NCBI RefSeq assembly: GCF_963921235.1
Contig: NC_086108.1
Coordinates: 64,916,001 to 64,980,000, forward strand
Length of the DNA stretch: 64,000 nt
Source: Mobula hypostoma
Taxonomy: Eukaryota
Direction: 5' to 3'
In this document: piece after piece, positions 38,548-53,890 of the stretch
How positions within the stretch are numbered: the stretch's first letter is position 1
How the letters are laid out: every line of letters starts with the position of its first letter
Program-made: the position numbers and the translations under genes
The notes under the pieces: generated by a model
What the model was told of the DNA's origin: nothing
Databases searched by the model: none
Seen by the model: only the letters and a program-made list of their open reading frames with translations

Positions 38548-39645
38548 CTTCTTTCTTTCTTTTTAAATCTTTTTATTGAATTAGTACACAAAAGGTAAAC
38601 CATATAGGCACTGATACACAGTTGCAATATAACTTTACAAGAGATATTAATACAAAAAAAATTAGTACAAACAGTGCAGTTTAGATATAAAATATAATAG
38701 TATACTAATTTTCAAACATGTCAATAAGGAAAAAAACCCAAAAAAAACCCCGCCGTGCAACTAAACTAAAAAGCAAAGCAAAGCAATGGGCTAACTAGGT
38801 ATCAAGTAGAGTAAAACAACTTAAAACAATCACGTCCTCAAACCCGACCTCCATTAAAAACAGTTAAAAAGCAAGAAGGGAATGAAGATATGGCCAGAGA
38901 AAGAAAAAAAAGTTACATTAAATGAAAATGTTGAATAAAAGATCTCCAAGTCTGTTCAAATTTAACTGAAGAATCATAAAGATTACTTCTAATTTTCTCC
39001 AGATTTAAACATAGTATCATCTGGGAAAACCAAAAGAATGTAGTTGGAGCATTAATCTCCTTCCAATGTTGTAAAATACATCTTTTCGCCATTAAAGTAA
39101 GAAATGCAATCAATCTACGGGCTGAAGGGGAAAGATTACTGGAAATTTTAGGTAATCCAAAGATAGCAGTAATAGGATGGGGAGAAATGTCTATGTTCAA
39201 TACCTTTGAAATAGTATTAAAAATATCTTTCCAAAAAGTTTCCAGAGTAGAACAGGCCCAAAACATATGAGTTAAGGAAGCTATCTACCCATGACATCTG
39301 TCACACAAAGGGTTAATAGAATAAAAACGAGCTAATTTATCTTTAGACATATGTGCTCTATGAACAACTTTAAATTGAATTAGAGAGTGTTTAGAACAGA
39401 TAGAGGAAGTATTAACTAGTTGTAAAATATGCGCCCAGTCATCCACCGGAATAATAAGACCCAATTCCTTTTCCCAATCTGACCTAATCTTATCAAATGG
39501 AGCTTTCCTGAGTTTCATAATAGTATTATAAATAATAGCCGTTACACCTTTCTGACATGGATTAAGGTTAATTATAGTGTCTAAAATATATGTAGGAGGT
39601 AGCGTCGGAAAGGAAGAGAGTATAGTATATGAAGGAAACAGCTTA
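38548..39645 (-). mobile_element. L1/Tx1-clade LINE 3' end
   Basis: ORFs 39285-39725 and 38913-39266 contain IQFKVVHR...CDRC...HMFWAC..L..FW (C-terminal zinc-binding region). AATAAA followed by an (AAAG)n tail at 38548-38578. Confidence 0.9.
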
Positions 39646-40453
39646 AGCCACCGTCTGCGAGGTTCTTTGTTATGGTAACTCTGGCTGGTCTTCACAGGAT
39701 CTCCCTCCTGATATATATTTCTCACTTATGAGCAATGCTAAGGTTCTTCATGTGAATCCGGGAGCCCTTTTCCTCTCCCCTGCAGCCTTTTTCTCCTCCA
39801 TTATGACTCTAATGTGTGTTATTACAATGTGGAAGAAACTAGTGATGCTCATTTCGAATAGAGATTGATTGATTTTTGGCCATGAAGGGAACCAAGGAAT
39901 ATGTCTGTGTGGCTAGAAAATGGCACTGAGGTAGAAGATGAGCTATACTGTTGATGAATAACAGAACAATCTTAAAGTCTTGGGTTGCCTATTCCTGCTC
40001 TTATATTTATGTGCTTGTGTTCATGTTATCCTCTATTGAACATTTCTTTCTAGGCATTACTACCCAGCTGCTGTTTGAAAACTGATTTTATGATATTTTT
40101 TGAAGGAAATGCTAATTAGCTCTCCCTTTGAGCATTGCAGTGTTTGAACACACCACAAAAGTTGATGCAAGCAATTACCAAGTTCATATTTACTATAAAA
40201 AATGTAATTTCAGCTACAGGATATCAAACTCATTTTTATGTCAATGCAAATCTGCTGTTGAATGCGAATGTATTTTCCACAAGATCAAGTATTTTCAAGC
40301 TGACTATAACTGTGATCTCCAGTGAACATGGATTGAACACTAGTTTTCAAGCTGTGACAGGCTTTAAAGTTTTGAGTTGAACATATGATGCTGCAGTCCT
40401 AATGTGTCTTTAAAAAATGGTAAATTTAGCATAACTGTTGCTCTGACACTTAA

Positions 40454-40609
<156 letters not shown>

Positions 40610-43600
40610 TGATACCCTGACTATATCTGATTGTCTGTGGAAGGAAAAATGGCATGAATGATATTTTTGTTTTGTTTTGACAATAATGTAAATTTTATAA
40701 CGATAATTAAGTGCAGTTCCTTTTTTAATACACTGCTGCAGTTGCTTAAAATGATAAGTTAACTGAAATGGTATGAGGTATGTTTTAAAAAGAGTTATAA
40801 ATTATTCTTGGCACTCATTTTGAACTACTTTTCTGAACAATTGTTTGAATCACCAGCAAATTAAGAAGCTGCTGTTAACCTTCAAATCTGTTTTTGGTTT
40901 GGAAAATTATTTTATTACCGGTTTGTGTTGTTACGCAATGGCAAGTCACTATAAGTGACAATCCAATTCAGATTGTTATTTTATATCTGGGACAGTATTT
41001 TGAACTGTCTGAAAGCCAAAAACAGACATATGATGATTTTGTTTTATGATTTGTGGTCTTTCTCTTAATGTTACTTAAGTACAGCCTGTGCAAGACAATG
41101 ATGTTTTTGGTGCTTCCACTCGGAATTATAAAAGCTAATATATTATGGTTCATTGAAGTTGGTATTTTGTCATTTCTTCCTTTTTGAGTTTTGGATCCAG
41201 GAATTGATTATGCTTGCAAGGAAATGTAGATATCTATTGATTCATACAAGACAAAAAAATGGATTGTCATGGCCAGAATCAAAGATGTGTATCATTATAG
41301 ACTATAATAGATGAGGGAATGACTTTGGTTTGTTTTGGGTTCCATAACAACGAATGCAGTAGCTGAAGCTGTATAGGTTCCCGATAGTACAGTGGTACGT
41401 AAATGTGCTACACTGTGGAGGATGTGTAATAGGAGAATATCTGTCTGATTCTTTCTCAGTGAACTTTTGCTCACAGCCAGGTTGTTTCAGGTAGGATGGT
41501 AAACTGTGCTTCCCAGATGAAGGTGAGGTATATAGATTATTGAATTAACATGCATTCTCCTGTATTTTCCATCCATTGTTTTGAATGAGGGGGGCAGAAA
41601 TTAAAGATCTGGCTGACTGTTGTTGAAGAGGAAGGGGATTGATAAGCAACAAAGCAGAAAAATGAATATCTCACAACGGTAGAAAAATTATTCTTATCTT
41701 TATAATGTTGTTAGTATCAACACAGGCTGTTGAATTTTCAAAATCATCATGTTTTTTAGACTATGTAATCAAGTGAAACAAAGGAGTGCCAGACTGGTAA
41801 ATTTTCTTCCATGTGTAGCATTATTCTTGTCAATTGTGTGAATGTGTAATAGGGGATACAAGGAGCTATTTTATGATGAGTATACAATGCTTTGACATAA
41901 AGACATTATTCTTTTATATGCAAAGACGTAGCCATCTCTGGTGTGAAGATTTTACTTTTCCATATTTCAAGTACATAACAAGTAATAGGCAACTATTAGG
42001 TAACATAATAGGCAACTTCTGCTGTTAGCCATCAAGCTATAAACCAAATGGAAGAATTCCCACAGGTAGTAAAACAAGAAATATAGAGCAGATTTAATCA
42101 CTCACTTTTCCTAATTCTGAAGAAATCAGAACAAAGTTAGAGGCTAGTTTTTAAGCATTGTTCAATTAAAGTAGCTTTTATTTTGTGTGTGAAGCATAAT
42201 ACTGGCCATTTTTAGGTCACTTACTGTCACTCAAGATTCAATCAAGTGCTTGCTCGGAATGCATCATTCTCTGTCCTTCTTTAAAATACTTCAATAAAAT
42301 TTGAAGCACTGTCGTTTTGACAGCTGTCATTGGGCATTCTCAGACAACAGAGTGCAGCAGAGATGTCCAAGGAAGTGTGCAAATATGAAATGTACACAGA
42401 ATCATTGAGTAACACAGCAAGGAAACAGGCCCTTTAGCTCAACCTTTCCACTCCTGTTGTCCAACATCAGGCCCATGTCCTTTAAAACTCTTCCTGTGCA
42501 TGTATTTATTTTTTTTTTAATGTTGTTGAAATCCTGGACCACTCTGAATTAAATGAACCATCTGAACAAGCATGATCTCCTTTTCTCTTCTTTTGCCCAC
42601 TGAAGCCTCTGGGCTCTGATCTTTTACTCCACTACTGAAATGGCAGTGAAAACCTTCTTACCATCTCGGCTATGCACGGATATTGGACTAATCCATTTCT
42701 TCCCTCCCTTCTACACAAAAGCATGTATAAACACTGCAGACTGCCATCATGCCTCAAGCCAAAATCCTCCACCACCTTTGATTTGGGCAACTTCACAATT
42801 ACTTAAGTACTCTCCACTAACCAAGTCCTTCAGTTTCAGTTGCAACCAAATTTTGTTTTGGTTTAGCAACTAGCAAAACATTCAATGACCCACCACAGTG
42901 GTACCATTGTTTTAACCATTTATCATGCCCTATATTTTATACGTAGTATAATTCAGATTGTTATTATGATATACACAAATATCCAATGAATTTTTGCAGA
43001 GCCAGAGCAGTGTTCTACAGTATGGCTCACTATACTATTGCAATCTCAGGTGGATCTCTTTTGAAAAACAAGTTACCTTTTATGGGGAGAATACTACAAG
43101 CAATTTCATATAGTGTTCGATCCTAGAGGACTTCAACATCACATCCAGTGGAGCACTGGAGAATCACAAACAGTAGCATCAACCTATCAGCCTTTGACTA
43201 TGTCAAGTGCAATTTCAGAATTTCTGTTAGTTTCATAGTGCAGTGACACCAAATGCTGACCAATTCACTATCATTACAACCAATAGACCCAAGCAATTGC
43301 AGATGTGACCAATGCTCTTCCTATTGGCATATTATTACTCAGGATTCCAGAAAAGCACACTGGATTATTTTGGGACCTGATAATAACACTCCATATTGTT
43401 ACTTATCTACTTTCAAAATACATAATCGATAATTAGTTAAGGAATCACACAAAGCATTTATGCGGACACTATCAAGTTATGACTGGTGCCATTACTTTTA
43501 AAACTAGCATGCATTAATATACGGAAGTTGCATATAAATCTTGAAAAAGTATATTTCTTATCCACAGAACGACAAGGTTAGAAACTATATCCAGGTTAAG

Positions 43601-44354
43601 ACTATATTGAATGTGAGTAGTAACTAGATATATATGAGGACTTGTACATAGTGAAAGGGCTGGTTCAGATAAGTTTTAGAGAGACTCTTCTGGAGAAAAA
43701 GCACTGAGCTGTAGCTACCAAGTAGTAGGGATAACTACAGAGGCTCAACATTATACAGTATAAATGAAAATGGGTGGGTCTATTTCAGTCACACACTTGC
43801 CCAAGAAGGACTAATCAGGTATTCATTTCTAAGACTTAACTGCTGCTGATAAACTCAGAAATACAAATACTCTAGGAAGGTCAGAACTGTGCCAGCCGCA
43901 GTATCCTGACATCTGATTAAAAACTCAATATTAAGATCCCTGTAGCTGATCCGCATGAGTTACTGTTAACGAGGGCTGACTACATTTGTTTCACTGTAAC
44001 ATTAGCTGGAGTCGGCTGTCTGCAAAGTGCACTTAGTAATACATGCAGTCTGCTCTCAACACCTGAGTAGGCAATATGCTCTACAACAACTAATAGCGGT
44101 TTGCTTTCTCCTGTGATATTAAATGTCAGTGTTTACTTTCTATCTGGGAATATAAAAGCTCTTCTGTATGATAAGGCATTGAAATGCATTCATGTGTACC
44201 CAAGATAAAAGTACTTGACTTGCCTGCAAACCTTCAACGAAATTGTTGTAAGGCTGTCCTGCCACCTTGTCTTCCCTTTCCATATCTGTAGAGAATAGTT
44301 CTATAGGCACTGCAGACTTTCCACTTACGTTAACTATCCTAGCTGCTTTCATGT

Positions 44355-44538
44355 AAATATATTTAAGACAGAGTTGGATAGATTTTTGCATAGTAATTGG
44401 AATTAAGGGTTCTGAGGAAAAGGCAGGTAGGTGGAGATGAGTCCATGGCCAGATCGGACATGATCTTATTGAATGGCGGAGCAGGCTCGATGGGCCAGAT
44501 GGCCTACTCCTGCTCCTACTCCTTACGGTCTTATGTTC
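44355..44538 (+). mobile_element. CR1 3' UTR fragment
   Basis: ATTGAATGGCGGAGCAGGCTCGATGGGCCAGATGGCCTACTCCTGCTCCTA tail motif. Confidence 0.8.
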
Positions 44539-45663
44539 ATGTACAATAACTGAAAGCAAGTGTTTTGAAACTATTTAAATTTGCAGGATTCTAGGGCAAT
44601 GCTACATTTATAAGAATTTAAAATTCATTTCCTAACAGGTGTCACCAGTATTTCAGACACAGGTTTCCAACAGTATTGATTTTCCAGTTTTGTCCAAGTT
44701 GAGACCCAATGTCATCTCACCTCATAACATGCAATTTGATGCAAACTAAGTCAGTCGTGGACTCTTGTTCTGTGAAAGACAATGACATACTAGGCAATGT
44801 GCTTAAAACCTGAGTCATTGGGAGTAGAATGTTTTTAATTACATGGAATTAAATGGTAACAAATAAAGCATGCACGCAATTTATAATAATATTCAATTAA
44901 CCAGAAAATGATAAGTTTGTATAACTTACCAATATGACATGGTGCATGGATCCCGTAAGCTGAGACCAATACTTTAGAGGAATAGTAAGATTTGGTAATA
45001 GGCTCAGCAGATTTTGATAGATTCACACATTCTGATCGTAACGCAACAGATCAATACACAATGCGTAAGTATGATTCACACGAGTGGAGCAGTCTCTTGA
45101 TTAAGTTATTGGCCAAAATGATCAAAGTGCACCATTACTGGTATTCTCAACATGAAATGCTCAGCGAGCTTCAGAGTTTGCAGGGAAAAAAACAATTCAA
45201 ATAACATGTTCTGTTAGTGTAAAGGAAGTTTTAAAATAGAATTCTTATTGAGTACTTTCATAGAAAAGTGCAGTAATTTTCAAATCACTCAAACTTATTC
45301 TGCAGTTCCCTTAATCTGTTTGAGAGATGATTGTTTCAGTGAACATTGTGCATTTTATGCTGCAGGAATAATCAAGTGGTATAGCTATTAAAGTGTAGAA
45401 TGCTTTGCATGATTACAATGATAATTTGAAAATACACCATATGTGGATGTATGGCATGTTATCTGAGTGTCCTTGTTTGTTAAAACCAATTGAAAACTGC
45501 TTGGATGTGCCCAATTGAAAAGCTACACAAGGTGAAACAACAAACTTGTGTGGGTCTTCAATTTTATTTTTATTACTAAGGAAAAAGAATTATCACTGAT
45601 TCTACTATTTTCAGTCAATGTTTCAAAATCCAAAGAGAGATGTAACTCTTCCTAATCTACTGT

Positions 45664-46452
45664 GGAGATTTGACAGATGTTTACCAAAATATGAGGATAA
45701 TAGGTAGGATAAATGCAAGCAGGCTTGAATGGGACTACAACCAGAGGTCATGGGTTAAAGGTGAAAGTTTAAGGGGAACATTTGGGGAAACCCCTTCACT
45801 CAGAGGGTTGTTAGAGTGTGGAATGAACTGCTGGCACAAGTGGTGCGTAGAACTCAATTGCAATATGAGAAATTTAGATAGGTACTGTATATGGATGGTA
45901 GGGGTATGGTCCCTTTGTATCTTGATGGGAGTAGGCTGTTTAAATGGTTTTGCATGGACTAGAGGGGCTGAAAGGCCTCTTTCTGTGCTGTACTTTTCTA
46001 TGTCTATGACTGTAAAGTTAAATGGCGATACAGGAGCAAACTTGTAACATTTAACTACTGGCAGGGATGAATGGGCTAGAAATTCAGATGTGTGACCCAT
46101 CTGTTTCCAACCATGAAGTGAAGCATTTTCTAAATCTGCATTGTCATTAAGTGAATCTGTTTGTCAGGTATATATGCTCAATGCCATGAACATTAACTCT
46201 TTGCAGCAACAGCATGGTACATTGCAGGCATGATAAATGTACATTAGCATAAACTTAAATTAACATAAATTATCCATAATTTACACAACAAAATAAACAG
46301 AAGTAAACATAGAACCATAGAGCACTACAGCACAGCAACAGGCCCTTCAGCCCATCTAGTCTGTGTCAAACTTTTAATCTGCCTTGTCCCATCCACGTGT
46401 ACCTGTACCTGCACCTACACAATAGCCCTCCAAACCCCTCCCATCCATGTAC
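45664..46452. mobile_element. Two CR1 3' fragments (+ at 45664-46010, - at about 46305-46452)
   Basis: GGGGCTGAAAGGCCTCTTTCTGTGCTGTAC tail on + and TACAGCACAGCAACAGGCCCTTCAGCCC on -. Confidence 0.75.
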
Positions 46453-46713
46453 AGTATGTAAAATTAGAAAGTTGCCTGTAACAGGTATTTAGCACTCAGT
46501 TCTAATGATGTATAATCATTTTCCTGCTGAAGTTACATAGCAGCAGCTCTGAATATTCAACTTACTCCTTGGTTTGGCATGTGAGCTTTTAAAAAGAAGT
46601 GACACCAATCTAGTCCTCCTACCAATTACTTACCCTCTATGGCATATAAATGTTTTTGATGTCTCTGCTTGGGGAAATAGGTCCTTTCTATTTATTCATC
46701 ATTTTCATAATTT

Positions 46714-49407
46714 ACCATATATAACCATATAAATGAATAAGAATTACAGCACGGAAACAGGCCATCTTGGCCTTTCTAGTCCATGCCAAACTCTTACTCT
46801 CACCTAGTCCCACTGACCTGCACACAGCCCATTACCCTCCATTCCTTTCCTGTCCATATAGCTGTCCAATTTAACTTTAAATGACAACATCGAACCTGCC
46901 TCAATCGCTTCTGCTGGAAGCTCGTTCCACACAGCTACCACTCTCTGAGTAAAGAAGTTCCCCCTCATGTTACGCCTAAACTTTTGCCCTTTAACTCTCA
47001 ACTCATGTCCTCTTGTTTGAATCTCCCCCACTCTCAATGGAAAAAGTCTGTCCACGTCAACTCTATCTTTGCCCCTCATAATTTTAAATACCTCTATCAA
47101 GTCCCCCCTCAACCTTCTATGTTCCAAAGAATAAAGGCCCAACTTGTTCAACCTTTCTCTGTAACTTAGGTGATGAAACCCAGGTAACATTCTAGTAAAT
47201 CTTCTCTGTACTCTCAATTTTGTTGATACCTTTCCTGTAATTCGGTGACCAAAACTGTACACAATACTCCAAATTTCATACAGACAACATCCACCGCTTT
47301 ACCCTCGTCAACTTTCCTAGTAACCTCTTCAAAAAGTTCAACATGATTTGTCAAACGTGACCTTCCATGCACAAATCCATGTTGACTGTTCCTAATCAGA
47401 CCCTGTCTATCCAGACATTTATATATACCATCTCTAAGAATACTTTCCATCAATTTAACCACCACTGACGTCAATCTCACAGGCCAATAATTGCTAGGTT
47501 TACTCTTAGAACCCTTTTTAAACAATGGAACAACATGAGTAATACGCCAATCCTCCGGCACCATCCCCGTTTCTAATGACATTTGAAATACTTCTGTCAG
47601 AGCCCCTGCTATTTCCACACTGACTTCCCTCAAGGTCCTAGGGAATATCCTGTCAGGACCCGGAGACTTATCCACTTTTATATTCCTTAAAAGCTCCAGT
47701 ACTTCCTCTTCTTTAATCATCATAATTTCCATAACTTCCTTACCTGTTTCCCTTATCTTACACAATTCAATATCCTTCTCCTTAGTGAATACTGAAGAAA
47801 AGAAATTGTTCAGAATTTCCCCCATCTCTTTTGGCTCCACACATAGCTGTCCACTCTGATTCTCTAAGGGACCAATTTTATCCCTCACTATCCTTTTGCT
47901 ATTAATATAACGGTAGAAACCCTTGGGATTTATTTTCACCTTACTTGCCAAAGCAACCTCATACCTTTTAGCTTTTCTAATTTCTTTCTTAAGATTCTTT
48001 TGATATTCTTTATATTCCTTGAGCCCCTCATTTACTCCATGCTGCCTATATTTATTGTAGATATATCTCTTTTCCCAAACCAAGTTTTCAATATCCCTTG
48101 AAAACCACAACTCTCTCAAACTTTTAACCTTTCCTTTCAACCTAACAGGAACATAAAGATTCTGTACTCTCAAAATTTCACCTTTAAGTGACCTCCATTT
48201 CCCTATTACATTCTTCCCATAAAACAAATTGTCCCAATCCACTCCTTCTAAATCCTTTCGCATCTCCTCAAAGTTAGCCCTTCTTCAATCAAAAATCTCA
48301 ACCCTGGGTCCAGACCTATCCTTCTCCATAATTATAATGAAACTAATAGCATTGCGATCACTGGACCCGAAGTGCTCCCCAACACAAACCTCCATCACCT
48401 GACCTATCTCATTCCCTAACAGGAGATCCAACACTGCCCCTTCTCTAGTTGGTACCTCTATGTATTGCTGCAAAAAACTACCCTGCACACATTTTACAAA
48501 CTCCAAACCATCCAGCTCTTTTACAGTATGGGCTTCCCCGTCTATGTGTGGAAAATTAAAATCTCCCACAATCACAATCTTGTGCTTACTACAAATATCT
48601 GCTATCTCCTTACAAATTTGTTCCTCCAATTCTTGCTCCCCATTGGGTGGTCTATAATACACCCCCCATAAGAGTTACTACACCTTTCCCATTCCTCAAT
48701 TCCACCCAAATAGCTTCCCTAGAGGAGCCCTCTAATCTATCCTGCCAGAGCACTGCGATAATATTTTCTCTGACAAACAATGCAACACCTCCCCCTCTTG
48801 TCCCCCCAATTCTATCACACCTGAAGCAATTAAATCCAGGAATATTTAGTTGCCAATCACACCCCTCCTGTAACCATGTTTCACTCATAGCTACCATATC
48901 ATACTTCCAGGTATCAATCCATGCTTTAAGCTCGTCCACCTTTCTTATAATGCTCCTAGCATTAAAATAAATGCATTTAAGAAATTTTTCACCTCTTTCT
49001 CTCTGTGCAAACAACTTTACTATTTTCTTTTTCTTCCTTCTCCCCTACATCTGTTCCTACGCTCTGGTTCCCCTCCACCCTTGTATCTAGTTTAAATCCA
49101 CTGGAGCCTCTCTAGCAAACCTACCTGCAAGAATATTTGTACCCCTCCAGTTCAGATGTAGACCATCCCTCCAGAACAGGTCCCACCTTCCCTGGAAAAC
49201 TGCCCAATTACCTATAGATCTGAAGCCCTCCCTCCTGCACCATGTCTTCAGCCATGTGTTGATCTGCGCTATCTTATTATTTCTAAACCTGCCTGCACGT
49301 GGCACTGGTAGCAATCCTGAGATTGCTATCCTGGAGGTCCTGTCCTTTAACTTGGCGCCTATCTCCCTAAACTCACCTTTCAGGACCTCCTCACTCTTCC
49401 TACCCAA
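46714..49407 (-). mobile_element. Long CR1 LINE (ORF1 esterase end, APE endonuclease, RT with internal deletion, 3' UTR)
   Basis: ORF 49087-49407 is an SGNH esterase-like ORF1 end (DGLHLNWRG). ORFs 48652-49014 and 48285-48662 are APE (YFNARSI, SETWL, GDFNFP, SSD). ORF 47214-48263 is linker plus RT N-terminus. TSD ATAATTT at 46707-46713 and 49408-49414. Confidence 0.95.
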
Positions 49408-51114
49408 ATAATTTCCAAGCTACTTCTCCCTGCAAATACTTTCCTGGATAGTTCCATCTGAAATTATTGAGACAGGGTTGTAGGTTTATTCTCTTTTAAT
49501 TTTTATACTACCTGCCCTTAGCTCTGTTTAGCTGGTCTAGTTTTCAGCAATAAACTTGCTTGGTCAGTAATAATGATACAGAGGTCTATGAGTTGCGGAA
49601 AATACATTCTTGTTCAAGCTGCCCACAATCTTTCTGCAAAATATTCTTCAGCATGACGGGCTACTGAATTTGTGTGCTAATGAAGCATGGCAGATCGTTA
49701 AACAGAAAGGAGGCTTGTCCCGAAGAAAATAAGTTCATAGGATCTGCAGTTATTGTCAAGATTTTTCAGATCCATTCCCTCCCGAGTATACATCATATGG
49801 CACTTCTTCAGTCTCCTCTACTGTCGGCACAGTACATGTGCCAGGGATCATAGTGGGGGTCAATTGTTGACTGGTAGTTTTTTGTGAGGGGCTGTCAGGT
49901 TATTCTTAAATTGCAGTACAGTCCCTCGTGATTTTGCCTTTATATGGGAAGGTTAAAGGGGACATGTTGTTTCCGTAAGTTGAACAGGAATGTTAAAGAA
50001 GTTGGCTATTCCCTTACCATTTTTGAATCCTAATTTTTGGTTGTTACTGATTGGAGGCCTACCAGATTTTATTCTTCTTATATTTGACTGTTTTATCTTG
50101 GTAAAGTCATGAACTTCAGTAGAAGTAGCACGGACTTTCTTCACTGCAAAACAATTTTTTAACTTTTCCCTCAGTCTCAAATAAATCTAAGCTTTGTCCC
50201 CAAATTTAAACCAATAATGCTTAAGGAAAAGTCTGGATGCCAGAGTTACTGCAGTTTTCATGTACCTCTTGCAAGGATTTATTGAGACTTGCCCCTTGAT
50301 ACTGCATCAGTGATCAACATTTTACAATTGTTGAATTGCACTTGCTTCCCAGTTCTCAGTAGCAGAATCCCAGTAGCCACATTAGTAATCCATCAGCTTT
50401 ATGGTGACTCTGCTTAAGTAATCTGAGGCAGAGTCAAAGTCTGCACCCAATGAAGAGAAAAGGTATCTTGGGCTGAGATGGATTGATATCTCGGCATATT
50501 GGAAACTAGAGCAGGAAAGTGAGGCTGAGGTCAATAATCAAATTAGCTGTGCTCTGGATGATGGAGCATGATCAACATTCTACACTCCTATTTCTTATGT
50601 TTGAGGTGAAATTTATCAGAAATAAATCAACTGCAGGTTTATTTCTCTATCTAGTAACAGAAGTTCAAGGATTCATCTTGAGAACTAAGAGTTTCCCCAA
50701 AAGTGACCTATTAAAAAATTATTTTGAACTCCCTGTTTCACATATTTTTCTCTTGTTACCAGAAACCTGCTTAAATTAGCAATGTATCAGACACCTGAAC
50801 AGATGTTATGGTCTGGCTCTCTGGGTCAAATGACTTATACCTCTATAGCGAATCTATTTCATTTGTGAGATGATCTGCAAGAATAGTGATATCAGCTCTT
50901 TATATTTGCTATATACGTCAGTTTTTGAGATGGTGCTGCTGAGACACAATGATGCTTTACTGACAGCAAACAGAACTACTAACTACTCCATTGATCACAC
51001 ATTTTCTCGATAATTATCACTTACAACCAATAGACTGTAACTTCCCTTTTGGAGTTGTGCTTTTGAATCGCCTGTACAACCTGGCATTTTTGTAGTTTTC
51101 AGGAAGATTCAGTG

Positions 51115-51645
51115 AACTAGAGTCTCAAAGGTGCAGTGCGGGAATAGATGGAATCAAGGTGATGAGGCCCAGGTCTAAGAGTGAGGAACAAGCCCATGCT
51201 TGGCCATTGCTGGAGTGAACTTGGGGCCGAATTAAGGTGGTGAGGCCTGGGCCCAGAGTGAGGAACGAGCCAATGATTAGCCAATTTATGCACAAGGCCA
51301 GTTTCAAAAGGTCGGGGTGCCAGGGCCGAAGGCGAGAGACAGGTCAGTGTTGAGCTCGCCGCTGGGCAATGTTTACTTGCCTCTGTGCTGAACTGAGGTT
51401 GTGGCCTGCGACTAACAGACTCCTGGACTGGCTTCGTTGCTGTGGATTCACTTTTGTGAACTTTAGTTCTGAGTGTTACTTGTTTACTTTTAACTGTTTG
51501 CACAATCTGTTCTTTTTTCACGCATTGGGTCTTTTTTATGGATTCTTTTGGGTTTCTTTGCTTTTGTGGCTGCCTGTAAGAAGGCAAATTTCAACATTGT
51601 ATATAATATGCATGTCTTGATCATAAATGTACTTTGAACTTTGAC
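51115..51645 (+). mobile_element. Non-autonomous element with a Rex1-like 3' tail
   Basis: 3' end (GCCTGTAAGAAGGCAAATTTCAACATTGTATA...ACTTTGAACTTTGA) resembles the tail at 9650-9725. The GC-richer head has two similar units of about 45 bp at 51150-51280. Confidence 0.55.
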
Positions 51646-53299
51646 TTTCCAAATACTGTCGTGCTTCTGACAAACCTGGTAGTAATTTTGTACATTCAAA
51701 CTATTCAGGAATTACTCAAATTCTGAAAAAGACAAATCATATTTCAATTTTAAAATAGCCCTACATTTCAATATATTGTTATTTAAATCTGTAACATAAT
51801 CATGCTGTGTTTAAGAGCTAGATGAGGTGCTTAAAACCACAAAAGCAAAGACTGGAACCTCTAAGATTCTGTTTGCTGTTTCCATTTCCTTGAAATACAA
51901 GGATGTCTTACAATTTATATCCGGTCTGTACCAATTTATTTGACCACAAGCAGACTGAAATTTGGAGAACTACAGTGGTTTCATCAATCTTTAGCTAAGA
52001 AAGGGGAGAAGCTACTGAGAAGCCCTGATCTCAAGTGACTAAATCTACTTAACTTGATAGCTTGGATGATGCCTCAGAAGGGTACCACTGCAAGCATATT
52101 TCACCATGACAAGAGGCAAGTGAAAACTGAGGAGTGTACAAACCTCAGTGTAAAATAACAAATATACCTTGGTTATTAAGGAGTTAATCAGCCATGTGGA
52201 AAGGCCATTTTGCAGCTGTAGTCCCTTTGAGAAAATAATGATAAACTGTAACTAAAACAAGCTGAGCCTTTTCCATGGGTCAGAAGGCAGAGAATGTTTA
52301 CATTTGAGTATTTTATGGAAAGAATTTAGTTTTCTTAAATAGGACTCCAGTCAAACTATTTAATTTGAGTCTTTGGTTTAGGAATAAGCCATGTAGATGG
52401 TGAATTTCTGAAGAGGTTTTTCCCACACATTCTTCATAACCTGGCCATAGAAACCACAGGAAAATGGCAAAGAAGGCAGTTGTCTAGCATTTCTGCAACA
52501 GTTCCTGCGATCTATAGAAAACTCCACCTGAAGTCATACTGATAGCCATAAAACTTGTCTCTGCACAGTTCTAGGTTTGGATAAATTTTAGTTAGCAACC
52601 TGAGAGTGGGGGCCATTGATACCCTGAAAGTTGTCAATAGTGCATTATTAAGTTTTTAAACAGAATAATATAGCCCAGAAACAGACATCATAATTCCTTT
52701 AGAAATAAAGAAAATACCATTTTGTAAGCTTCACCTCCATATATTTTGGGTTATTGTTTTGTAATTTGCTTCCCTCAGTTCCCCTTACTTATTGTGATAG
52801 TGATAAATTGCAATAGTGATTTTTTTTTCTCCGCCACACGAGTTAGTTAATAGCCTGTAATGTTAAGTCTTGTTTATAAATAGCTACAGCTATGCTTGGT
52901 AACTTACTGTATATTTGAACCAATCTTATCCCTTTATATTACCTATTTAAATTGCTTTTGCTCTAAATCCGCAGGCAAGGTAAATATGCACATTCGTTTC
53001 AGCAATTGGAAACTGAACAAAAATATTGTGTAGATCTGATTGAATAAGAGTTGTCTGATGTTTGAACAGGAGTTGTATAGGATATCCCCATACAGTTCTC
53101 AGAGAAGGCTGCGAGGATTTCATTTGGTTGACGATGTGTTTTAAGCAGTCTTCAAGTGCGATGATATGCATCATCCAGCACTCAAGAGAGCAAATCAAAC
53201 CAGAACAGTTATTAAGCAATTAAATTAAGCTATTTAAAAATAAAACTGATCTGGCATCTCTTGAAAGAGGCAGATATGTTAACCCTTCATTGTTGTTTC

Positions 53300-53890
53300 T
53301 TTTTATTCATTCTTGTGGATATGAGCAGACTTAGTGTTTAGTGCCCTCCCTAATTGCCCTTGAGAAAGGTGGTGACGATCCACTTCCTTAAAATGCTATA
53401 TTGCATCTGTTGAAGATGCTCTGGTGGTACAGTTGTCAGAGAGCTTCCAGGATTTAGACCCAGTGATGATGGAGGAGTTTTTTTGTAAGATGGGATGTGG
53501 ACGGAAATCTGCAGCCAGGTTTGCTCCCATGTACCTGCTGCCCTTGCTTTTAGCAAAAGGGGCCATGGGTTTGGAAAGGGGCTATTGGTGAAGGCTGCAA
53601 GGAACTGCAGTGCATTTTGCAGGTGCTATGTGCTGATGTTGGGAATGAATATTCTCAGTGGCAGCAAGGTGTTCTTGAGCATTTTGTGTACAGTTGGAGC
53701 ATCACACAGGATGCTTGACAAGAGGAGAGTATTCCATCACATTCCAGATTTGTAACTTGTAGCTGGTGTAAGGGTTTTGGAGTATCAGGAAATGGCTCAC
53801 TTACCACTGGAGATCCACACCGATACATGTTCTTGTCACTGCAGTATAACGTTACCAATTCATCTGAGTTCCTAATCGATGTCAAACAGC
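53300..53890 (-). mobile_element. Old CR1/L2-type LINE 3' fragment
   Basis: CCCTAATTGCCCTTGAGAAAGGTGGTG is the reverse complement of a tail also seen on + at about 61150-61345. Confidence 0.55.
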
